Made by a program: the position numbers and the translations under genes. A DNA stretch of 48,853 bases from Comamonadaceae bacterium (GTDB lineage: Bacteria > Pseudomonadota > Gammaproteobacteria > Burkholderiales > Burkholderiaceae_C), in assembly GCA_043753505.1 (NCBI GenBank), contig JAYUXO010000274.1, forward strand, positions 1 to 48,853, read 5' to 3'. This document shows positions 36,069 to 43,889 of the stretch, piece by piece (position 1 is the first letter of the stretch; every line of letters begins with the position of its first letter). The notes under the pieces are model-generated. The model had not been told where the DNA came from. It made no database searches and saw only the letters and a list, made by a program, of their open reading frames with translations.

Positions 36069-38111
36069 ATGCCTATTCGTATCAGTGTTGGTATTTGTGC
36101 TTTTCTAGTCGCTGGCGCAGCCATCGCCATTGCCGCCCCAGGCTTTGCGCAGCCTGCGCCCGGCACCGCCAACACCCGCTGGGTCATCGGCTCGCCCGTG
36201 AACCTGCGCGCGCAAGCCAGCACCAGCGCACCTGTGGTGATGCGCCTTCGCTATGGAACCCCCGTCACACTGCTCGGGCCTGCTTCTGAATCCAGCGTGG
36301 GCGGCGTGGCGTTTTGCGAGGTGCAAACCCAGGTGACGGCGCAGCGCGGCTTCGCGGCCTGCGAATACCTGGCCAGCAAACCGCCTGCCGGGGGACAGGC
36401 CGCAACCGCCGTAGCGCCCCGCAGCCCCAGCGTCGAGTTACCCGCCGCAGCAGCGGTGCCTGCGCCACCACCTGTGGCCATCACACCGCCCGCCCGCCCA
36501 ACATCGGCCCCTGCTGGCGCAGCGTCAGCAACAGCCGCAACCGCCCCCGAGCCACGCTGGATCAACGCCTCCGGCGTCAACCTGCGCGACCAAGCCTCCA
36601 CCCGTGCGTCCGTGCTCGCGCGCTTGAGCCGCAATGCGCCGGTTCAACTCATCGCGGCGCAGCCAGACGGGGTTTTTTGCGAAGTCGTCACACAAAACGA
36701 AGTCACTGCAGCGCAGCGCGGCTTTGTGGCTTGTCAATATTTAGGCGTGCGGGAAGCCGATGTCCGCGGCGTGGTCGGCGTTGCCGATGCGCGCACAACC
36801 CAGACACCGGGCACCACCGACAGACCCGCAGCTGCCACAACGCCCCTACCGGATGCTGCAAGCCCCAAGCCCGGCTCCACCCCCGCAAGCTCCGCCAGCG
36901 CGCTGGAACGTGCCTTCTGGCAAGAACCCACGCCCATGCGCCTGTTTGTTTATGGCAAATACCTGGAGCAAACCCGCCTGTCGTCCGACCAAAAAGCCTC
37001 TGAGCAAGATACCCGCCCGGTCGAGTTTGTGGCCAGGCCCGAACCCATCTTGCAGCGCCCCAAGGTTCGCGAGTTCGAAACCATGAAAGCCCGCTTGGCA
37101 CAAGGCGTGGTCGGCACCACACCGCCGGCACCCCTGCTGGCCTGGCGCGACCTGCAAAAAGCCTTTGCCGCCGCTGAAACTGACATTGCACAAGCCCGCA
37201 AAACCAGCAAACTGCAAGCCCGCCGCGACCAGCCGTGGCAATACCTGCAACCAGGCCAAACCGCGTTTGAGGCCAAACTGGCCGGCTTGGTCAGCACCTC
37301 CGCAGCCGCCGCGCGCCGCCCCGCCAAAGGTGCCGATGTGAGCGCTTCTGCTCCTTCGCCGCTTAGCGCCCGCGTGGCCGGGTTGGCCTTGGTGATGGAC
37401 AAAATCGAGCTGCCCCCCGTTACACCCTCGTTCTTCAAAAATTGGGCAGACATCGCCCCCCCGTCGGCCACCGTGCCCGAGCTCAGCGCCAAGTGGGGCA
37501 TGCCCTACACCCTGGAGACCCAGCCCGGCCCGCGCTGGGTCTCCAACCGCCGCAACGGCACCAGCCAGATCGCAGGCAGCTGGGATGTTGGCCGTGCTGT
37601 GGTGCAACTGACCTCGCCGGTGGTGCGGCTATCGGTGGCTCGCGACGGCCAGGTGGTGGCCGGTGTGAGCGGCTTGAACAGCGTGGTGCTCGACGACAAA
37701 GACGCCTTTGGCGGCTGCCAGTTGGGCTTTCGCTACGGCGATGCCGGCGTGGACCTGCTCAACCCCAACGTGAACTACAGCCCGCAAGACATCAAAAGCG
37801 CCAACCCCACGCTGATCCGGCTGTTCCTGCGCAACCCCGCAGCCAGCCTGAGCACCAACGCAAGCGTCAAATCAACCCCGGTCACCACCCTGTCAGAACC
37901 CGAAACCGGCTTCACCGCCGCCGAGCAACTGAGCATTGACCTGGACGGCGACGGCGTGCCTGACCTGGCGGTCTGGGAAGCCACTGGTCAGCCCCACGAC
38001 AGCATCTACACCCCGCAGCGGCAAGACCCGTATTTCCGGGTGTATGCGATCAACCTGGCGGGAGCGTGGTATTTGCTGGGGCGGGATGAGTTTGTTTATG
38101 GGTGCGGGTAG
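36069..38111 (+). CDS. secreted protein with two SH3b-like domains, Pro/Ala linkers and an unassigned ~400-aa C-terminal region
   Basis: Signal peptide MPIRISVGICAFLVAGAAIAIAAPGFAQ. Two homologous modules (W.I.S.VNLR.QAST.A.V..RL....PV.L....FCEV.T...RGF.AC.YL). C-terminal IDLDGDGVPDLAVWE is an FG-GAP-like loop. Confidence 0.65.
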   Translation: MPIRISVGICAFLVAGAAIAIAAPGFAQPAPGTANTRWVIGSPVNLRAQASTSAPVVMRLRYGTPVTLLGPASESSVGGVAFCEVQTQVTAQRGFAACEYLASKPPAGGQAATAVAPRSPSVELPAAAAVPAPPPVAITPPARPTSAPAGAASATAATAPEPRWINASGVNLRDQASTRASVLARLSRNAPVQLIAAQPDGVFCEVVTQNEVTAAQRGFVACQYLGVREADVRGVVGVADARTTQTPGTTDRPAAATTPLPDAASPKPGSTPASSASALERAFWQEPTPMRLFVYGKYLEQTRLSSDQKASEQDTRPVEFVARPEPILQRPKVREFETMKARLAQGVVGTTPPAPLLAWRDLQKAFAAAETDIAQARKTSKLQARRDQPWQYLQPGQTAFEAKLAGLVSTSAAAARRPAKGADVSASAPSPLSARVAGLALVMDKIELPPVTPSFFKNWADIAPPSATVPELSAKWGMPYTLETQPGPRWVSNRRNGTSQIAGSWDVGRAVVQLTSPVVRLSVARDGQVVAGVSGLNSVVLDDKDAFGGCQLGFRYGDAGVDLLNPNVNYSPQDIKSANPTLIRLFLRNPAASLSTNASVKSTPVTTLSEPETGFTAAEQLSIDLDGDGVPDLAVWEATGQPHDSIYTPQRQDPYFRVYAINLAGAWYLLGRDEFVYGCG

Positions 38112-38134
38112 TGATGTTGATGACGCACGAAATA

Positions 38135-38258
38135 CGGAGGCAAGGACGCAGAGTTCGCAGAAGTTGCGCAGAAGTCGCAAAAGAAACGCCATGTGGTTTC
38201 AACAATCTCTTCTGCGCTTTCTGCGTCATTTTTGCGGATTCTGCGTCCTTGCCTCCGG
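38135..38258. repeat. family A element, copy A3 (GCAGAAG subtype)
   Basis: acggaggcaaggacgcagagttcgcagaagttgcgcagaagtcgc ... gcgctttctgcgtcatttttgcggattctgcgtccttgcctccgg, a long imperfect palindrome. Confidence 0.8.
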
Positions 38259-38295
38259 ATTGGTGAGCGGGGGAAGAATACATACGGCAAGCTGT

Positions 38296-38362
38296 TTCAG
38301 TGCCAAGCAAGCCTCCAGCCCTTTTCCAAACTGCTCAAGCAGCTATTTATTCAGTAGCATTT
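38296..38362. repeat. family B element, copy B10
   Basis: The reverse complement reads GAATAAATAGCTGCTTGAGCAGTTTGGAAAAGGGCTGGAGGCTTGCTTGGCAC. Confidence 0.7.
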
Positions 38363-38381
38363 CATGTGCTGAACCTGCAAC

Positions 38382-38965
38382 TCAAACCAACTCCCGGGCC
38401 CGCTCCAACCGCAGCACATTGCCTGCGCAAATGCGGCGAAACTCTGCAGATACACGCCCGTCAGTCGCCGCCTGGCTCCAGAACGCCAGCGCCACTGTAC
38501 ATGCCATTTGCCACACCGCCGCTTCTGGCGGCAACGGCAAGGGCGGCTCCCATTTCGCCGGTGGCACCTCGCCACCGGGCAGCGGAGCGTAGGCCATTGG
38601 GAGCATGTCGCAGACCGGCGCCAACTGAAAATGCGGTGACGGAACCGACTGGCAAAACAACGCCAGATTGCCACAGTGCATGTCGGCGTTGGCGATCAGG
38701 CGGCCAAACCACCACAGGTGAGCCACGGCTTGGGCATCCGCTGGTGGCAGCAACTTGCCGGCTGTCAGGGCTTGCGCTTGACTGGGCCAATCGTCTGTCA
38801 TGCCCAGCAGGTGGTGACTCGCGCTGGCCAAACTCACTAACGCACGACGGCCGTGTGAGCCGATGCGGTCAAACCCGCCGCTTCAGCCAGTTGCGGGGCA
38901 CTGCGCACACCGAGTGCCAAAGATGCCCAGAGGGCGGCATGGGCGTCAGTATTGGATATTCGCAC
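38382..38965 (-). pseudogene. decayed HipA/YjjJ-like toxin gene: N-terminal HTH remnant, frameshift, then only the C-terminal ~150 aa
   Basis: 38382-38837 encodes WWFGRLIANADMHCGNL...LAPVCDMLPMAYAP (HipA_C-like). 38837-38965, in another frame, encodes ...LGVRSAPQLAEAAGLTASAHTAVVR* (HTH-like). The expected ~230-aa middle section is missing. Confidence 0.5.
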
Positions 38966-39110
38966 GGCAATATGTCGAGAACTATGTCTATCTATTACGA
39001 TTTTTTATCGTTATTTAGCAACGACTTGTGAGTGATGAAGGTTTTATTAAGTCGAGATGTAAGTCAAGAAATATGCATAAACTGATGCGGCTGTGACGAA
39101 TACAGACAGC

Positions 39111-39216
39111 CGGACCCAGAATTCGTAAAAACTGCGCAGAAGCCGCAAAAATACAGCGGCACTTTGGTTTTTTCTGCGGCTTCTGCGCAACCTCCGCGAA
39201 TCCTGCGTCCTGCCCC
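39111..39216. repeat. family A element, copy A4 (GCAGAAG subtype)
   Basis: tgcgcagaagccgcaaaaa ... tttttctgcggcttctgcgca, with outer arms ggacccagaattcg / cgaatcctgcgtcc. It abuts the glcF stop. Confidence 0.7.
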
Positions 39217-40463
39217 TAAAAGCGCTGTTTCTGCTGCGTCAGCGCCTCATCCAACACCTGCACCCAATGCTTGACCGGTGTGGTCGTGCCGCTTTGCAAA
39301 TGCGTGATGCAACCGATGTTGGCGCTGGTGATGACGTCGGGCTGCAGTTCGATCAGATGGCCCAGTTTGCGGTCACGCAGTTGGTAAGCCAGCACCGGTT
39401 GCAACACGCTGTAGGTGCCTGCCGAACCGCAGCAAAGGTGGGCTTCGCAGGCGGCGGTTTTGATGTTGAAACCCAGCTGCGTGAGGTACTTTTCCACGTC
39501 ACCTTTGAGTTGCTGGCCGTGCTGCAGGGTGCAGGGCGGGTGAAAGGCGATGCGGGGTGCGCCTGGGGCCGAGAGCTTGTCTTTCAACGCGGGCAGGAGC
39601 TCGGGCAGCAATTCGCTCAGGTCTTTGGTCAATGCGCTGATGCGCGCGGCTTTGGCGGCATACGCAGGCTCATGCTGGAAGGTGTGGCCGTATTCCTTGA
39701 CGGTGACACCGCAGCCCGAGGCGTTCATGACAATGGCCTCTACTGGATTGGCCTGCTCCACATACGGCCACCAGGCGTCGATGTTGGCGCGCATCTGCTG
39801 CTTGCCGCCGTCCTGGTCGTTCAAGTGAAATTTGACGGCACCGCAACAACCTGCTTGCGGTGCCACCAGGGTTTGAATGCCTGCCGCGTCGAGCACGCGG
39901 GCGGTGGCGGTGTTGATGCCGGGCATCATGGCCGGTTGCACGCAGCCCGCGAGCATGAGCACTTTGCGCGGGTGCTGGGCGATCGGCCAGGCACCAGCGG
40001 GTTGGGCGGCCGGCACTTTGTTTTTGAGCGATGCAGGCAGCAGGCCACGCACGGCCTGGCCCATCTTCATGGCCGGGCCAAACAGCGGTGAAGGCAAGCC
40101 TTCTTTCAGCGCCCAGCGCACGGTTTTCTCAGCCAGCGGGCGGGGTACTTTTTCATCGACCAGCTTGCGGCCAATGTCAATCAGGTGGCCGTATTCCACG
40201 CCGCTGGGGCAGGTGGTTTCGCAGTTACGGCAGGTGAGACACCGGTCCAGATGCAACTGGGTTTTACGGGTGGGTGCCTGGCCTTCCAGCACTTGCTTGA
40301 TGAGGTAGATGCGGCCACGCGGACCGTCCAGCTCGTCGCCCAGTAGTAGATAGGTGGGGCAGGTGGCGGTGCAAAAACCGCAGTGCACACACTTGCGCAA
40401 GATATCTTGCGCGGCCAGGCCGTCAGGGGTGTTCTGGTATTGAGGAGCGAGGGTGGTTTGCAT
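39216..40463 (-). CDS. glcF: glycolate oxidase iron-sulfur subunit
   Basis: Two 4Fe-4S motifs (CVHCGFCTATCP, CLTCRNCETTCP) plus two CCG domains. Confidence 0.9.
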   Translation of the reverse strand: MQTTLAPQYQNTPDGLAAQDILRKCVHCGFCTATCPTYLLLGDELDGPRGRIYLIKQVLEGQAPTRKTQLHLDRCLTCRNCETTCPSGVEYGHLIDIGRKLVDEKVPRPLAEKTVRWALKEGLPSPLFGPAMKMGQAVRGLLPASLKNKVPAAQPAGAWPIAQHPRKVLMLAGCVQPAMMPGINTATARVLDAAGIQTLVAPQAGCCGAVKFHLNDQDGGKQQMRANIDAWWPYVEQANPVEAIVMNASGCGVTVKEYGHTFQHEPAYAAKAARISALTKDLSELLPELLPALKDKLSAPGAPRIAFHPPCTLQHGQQLKGDVEKYLTQLGFNIKTAACEAHLCCGSAGTYSVLQPVLAYQLRDRKLGHLIELQPDVITSANIGCITHLQSGTTTPVKHWVQVLDEALTQQKQRF

Positions 40464-40484
40464 GGCGGGTGGTGTCAGAGGTCA

Positions 40485-41294
40485 TCACGGAACGGGAACG
40501 ACAACAGGCGGGCGAGCGCGCCGGTGCAGGTGTCGCAGACGTTGCAAGTGGCGCAAATCGGCCAGCAGCGGCGGCAGGGCCAACACCATCAACACCGCTA
40601 CCAGCGGCAGCACGGAGACAAAGCCTGCGTACTTGAAACCGATGGCGCCGACAATCCCGCCCGTCAAAAAAGCCAGCAGCAACCCACTGAGCAACTTCAG
40701 TTTGCCGCGGTTGGCGCGCACCAGCATGTCGGCGCTCTGGTGACCACGATTCCAGTACAGCAGCTTACCCAGCTCAATGCCCAGGTCGGTGATCACGCCG
40801 GTCATGTGCGTGGTGCGGATTTGCGCGAACGACAGCTTGGAGACCACCGCGTTTTGCAGGCCCATGGTGTAGGCCAGCAGCAGCACGGTGAGCGGCACAG
40901 CAAAGGGCGTCTGGCGGTTCAAAGTGGCCCCCACCAGGCCGAATAACAACAGCAAGCTGGCCTCCAGCATCAGCGGCAAAGCAAATCCACTGCGCAGGTG
41001 GTGGCGCTGAGCCCAGTTGACCAACACTGCCGTGCTGGCGGCACCGCCCACAAAAAACAGCAACGCGCCAATCGCGCCCAGCACCAACGCCATGTTGCCC
41101 AGCACCAGGTTGTCGGCCACGATGGAGACAAAGCCGGTCATGTGTGAGGTGTACAGGCTGACCACCAGAAAGCCACCTGCATTGATGGCACCCGCGTTGA
41201 AAGCCAGCAGCACGCCGAGCAGCCGGTTGATGGACGGCGTCCGGTGGCGACCGGTAAGGTGGCGCAGGTAGCGCAGGCGATGCAAAGGTCGCAT
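40485..41294 (-). CDS. DUF1275 (YoaK-family) membrane protein
   Basis: GAINAGGFL...TSHMTG ... TTHMTGVITDLG repeat pattern of DUF1275. ATG 41294 is chosen to avoid overlap with glcE. Confidence 0.8.
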   Translation of the reverse strand: MRPLHRLRYLRHLTGRHRTPSINRLLGVLLAFNAGAINAGGFLVVSLYTSHMTGFVSIVADNLVLGNMALVLGAIGALLFFVGGAASTAVLVNWAQRHHLRSGFALPLMLEASLLLLFGLVGATLNRQTPFAVPLTVLLLAYTMGLQNAVVSKLSFAQIRTTHMTGVITDLGIELGKLLYWNRGHQSADMLVRANRGKLKLLSGLLLAFLTGGIVGAIGFKYAGFVSVLPLVAVLMVLALPPLLADLRHLQRLRHLHRRARPPVVVPVP

Positions 41295-41310
41295 GGTAAA
41301 GGCTGGCAAG

Positions 41311-42438
41311 CTACCAGGCAGCGGACAACCGTCCACGGTTGAAGATGCCAGCGGGGTCGAACTCTGCCTTCAGTTGCAGATGAATGCGCTGCAAAGGCGC
41401 CGAAACTGAATCAAATCGGCTGATAGACCTTGTAGATACTGCTGAACCAGCTATGAAAACGCTAGCATGTCCGCCTGCTTTCGTGGCTAATGTGCGCAGC
41501 CGTGTGGCTTGATCAGTGTCGCCCGCATCGACCCTCACCCAGCGCTGGCCGCCGTGCCATTCGATTAGCGGTGACTCGGGCAAGTCGAGCACCGGCGCGG
41601 TTTGCGGCACCGACAGGCGCCACAGGTTTTGGGCGTCACTGCGCGCGGTAAACCAGGGTAGTTGCTGGTCGCGGCACAGCATCCAGTCACTCGTGGTTTC
41701 AGCACTGTTCTGGTGTCGCCCACCCATTGTTTTACACGCGGACTCCACGGCGGCAACAGCGCCGCGCAAGCGCAGGTACAGGGTGTCCACGCCGTTGTCA
41801 CGCACCCAACAGCTGGCGTTCAGCGGCAGGGGCAGGCCGCCCCACTCGTGGAGTTTTTGCAGGGCTTGCAACTGGTTCATCTCAAACTTGAGCGTGGCTT
41901 CTGCGGGGGCCACTGGCATGACTTTCAGACTGATGTCGGTGAGCAAGCCCAAGGTGCCCAGCGAGCCGACCAGCATGCGGGAGACGTCGTAACCCGCGAC
42001 GTTTTTCATCACCTGGCCACCGAAAGTCAGGTGCTCGGCACGACCGTTGATGAGTTGGATGCCCAGCACGTAGTCACGCACGCTACCTGCGTTGGCGCGG
42101 GCGGGGCCTGAGAGGCCTGCGGCAACCATGCCGCCGACGGTGGCGGTGGCGGTGGCCCTTTTGGAATCGAAATGCGGTGGCTCAAACGGGAGGCACTGGC
42201 CACGCCCGGCCAGCGTGGACTCAAGTTCGGCCAGCGGGGTGCCAGCGCGGGCGGTGATGTACAACTCGCTGGGTTCGTAGGCGGTGATACCGGTGTAGGG
42301 GCGGGTGTCGAGCACGTCACCTATCGTGGTGGGCTCACCGTAAAAGTCTTTGCTGCCACCACCGCGAATGTGCAGCGGGGTTTTGCTGGCGGCAGCCGCC
42401 TGGATGCGGTCGATGAAGGATTGGAGTACGGCTTGCAT
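41311..42438 (-). CDS. glcE: glycolate oxidase FAD-binding subunit
   Basis: FAD_binding_4 core (GGGSKDFYG, KNVAGYDVSR) and tail LKAEFDPAGIFNRGRL. Confidence 0.88.
   Translation of the reverse strand: MQAVLQSFIDRIQAAAASKTPLHIRGGGSKDFYGEPTTIGDVLDTRPYTGITAYEPSELYITARAGTPLAELESTLAGRGQCLPFEPPHFDSKRATATATVGGMVAAGLSGPARANAGSVRDYVLGIQLINGRAEHLTFGGQVMKNVAGYDVSRMLVGSLGTLGLLTDISLKVMPVAPAEATLKFEMNQLQALQKLHEWGGLPLPLNASCWVRDNGVDTLYLRLRGAVAAVESACKTMGGRHQNSAETTSDWMLCRDQQLPWFTARSDAQNLWRLSVPQTAPVLDLPESPLIEWHGGQRWVRVDAGDTDQATRLRTLATKAGGHASVFIAGSAVSTRSISRFDSVSAPLQRIHLQLKAEFDPAGIFNRGRLSAAW
41403..41466. repeat. family B element, copy B11, in frame inside glcE
   Basis: The reverse complement reads GCTAGCGTTTTCATAGCTGGTTCAGCAGTATCTACAAGGTCTATCAGCCGATTTGATTC. 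It encodes ASVFIAGSAVSTRSISRFDS. Confidence 0.65.
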
Positions 42439-42755
42439 AACCTAGAAACCGCAGTTGGACACGCCCGAATGGGCTGTCATGGGGTGGGCTGGCAAGGCCC
42501 AGCGCAGGCTTGTCCTGCGCTGGGCTTGGCTTGGATGACGCAGGCTCTTGCCTGCTGGAAGGAGCAACGCGGCCAGCGCGCGCCAGGGCAGCCCACTCGG
42601 GTGGGTAGCGCGCACACCCAGGTGATGAGCTTGATCAACGCTACAAATGCTTGATTTCATAGGTAAGGGTAACCGTGACAAGCGGTCAATTACGGTTTTT
42701 AGGTTCACTGCATGGTACGCGCGGGGCAGCGCGAGGCGGCTTGATGTTTTTGCGG

Positions 42756-43655
42756 TCAGTCGATGAAAAAATTGACGGGCAGGCCGGGTACAGCGACCCG
42801 CATGGACAGCACACAACCCGACAGTGGCAACGCTTGCAGTTCGGCGTTGGGGCGTTTCTCGCTGGCGGTGGTCAGATACAGCGTTTGCAAATCGTCACCA
42901 CCAAAACAAGGCATGGTGGGGCATTGAGCGGGTACGGGAATGTCATCCAACACATCCCCGGTGGGCGATAGCTTGACCAGGCGCGCGCCTTCGTAAAGGG
43001 CACACCAGTAATTGCCTTGGCTGTCAATCGCCGCCCCGTCTGGGCGGCCGCCATAGCCCAGATGGCCAGGCTGCCAGCCTGGCGGCTTGATGGAAAACTG
43101 CTGAAAAACGCGCTCTCCCGACAAGGCGTTGGCCTGCGCATTCCAGTCCCACGCGCGGATTACATGCGCGGTGGTGTCGGCCCAGTACAGCTTGCGCGCG
43201 TCGGGCGAAAAGGCCAGACCGTTGGCCACGGTGGCGTGGCTGGCTTTGGCCTGCAGGCCGTCGCCGCTCATGCAGAACAGTTGCGCCGCCGGGCTGGTGC
43301 GCGGCTCGTAAATGGTGCCCACCCAAAAGCGGCCCAGCGCATCGGCCTTGCCATCGTTGAACCGGGTGGTTGCAGGGTCGTGTAAAGCGGGTGCGATCAG
43401 CTCCAGCGCGCCGCCCCACTCCCGCGCCTTGTAAATGCCATCACGCAACGCAATGACCAAGCCACCACGGGCCGCAGGTGCCATGCAGCCGGGCGTTTGG
43501 GGCAGCAACCAGCGCTCGGTGGTACCCATATAAACATTGGCACGCAGCACAGTGTTGGCCGCAATGTCCAGCCAGTAAAGCGTTTGCTCCTGCGGATGCC
43601 AGAAGGGCGATTCGCCCAGGCCAAAACGTTCGGGGGTGAGGGGTTGCCAGGTCAT
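42756..43655 (-). CDS. SMP-30/gluconolactonase/LRE-family protein
   Basis: MTWQPLTPERFGLGESPFWHPQEQTLYWLDI and a six-bladed propeller repeat pattern. Starts at ATG 43655. Confidence 0.85.
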   Translation of the reverse strand: MTWQPLTPERFGLGESPFWHPQEQTLYWLDIAANTVLRANVYMGTTERWLLPQTPGCMAPAARGGLVIALRDGIYKAREWGGALELIAPALHDPATTRFNDGKADALGRFWVGTIYEPRTSPAAQLFCMSGDGLQAKASHATVANGLAFSPDARKLYWADTTAHVIRAWDWNAQANALSGERVFQQFSIKPPGWQPGHLGYGGRPDGAAIDSQGNYWCALYEGARLVKLSPTGDVLDDIPVPAQCPTMPCFGGDDLQTLYLTTASEKRPNAELQALPLSGCVLSMRVAVPGLPVNFFID

Positions 43656-43680
43656 TGCGGAATGGTGCTTCGTGGGTTGA

Positions 43681-43781
43681 GAACGCAAAGTGCGCAAAGG
43701 TTACGCGAAGTGCGCAAAGAACAGCCAACTTCTCTGGCTTCCTTTCTGCGACCTTGCGTAACCTTTGCGCACTTTGCGTTC
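43681..43781. repeat. family A element, copy A5 (GCAAAG subtype)
   Basis: Perfect 25-bp terminal inverted repeats: gaacgcaaagtgcgcaaaggttacg (43681-43705) and cgtaacctttgcgcactttgcgttc (43757-43781). Confidence 0.85.
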
Positions 43782-43806
43782 AAACATCCCGTGATTCACA
43801 TCACCC

Positions 43807-43834
43807 AAAAAAAGAGCCCGCACGCGGCGGGCTC
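43807..43834 (-). terminator. rho-independent terminator of amtB
   Basis: The minus strand reads gagcccgc-cgcgt-gcgggctc followed by T7. Confidence 0.8.
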
Positions 43835-43889
43835 AATAACCTTTGGAGACTACTTACCCTTTATCTAACCCTATCGCAATGTGTGCAGC

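Noticed and set aside
42442-42816. Possible glcD remnant upstream of glcE (124-aa minus-strand ORF ending ...HPMTAHSGVSNCGF).
   Set aside because: There is only a vague resemblance to the GlcD C-terminal AMHVHHG segment and no other GlcD motif upstream. The ORF also overlaps the gluconolactonase-family gene. I treat it as non-coding.
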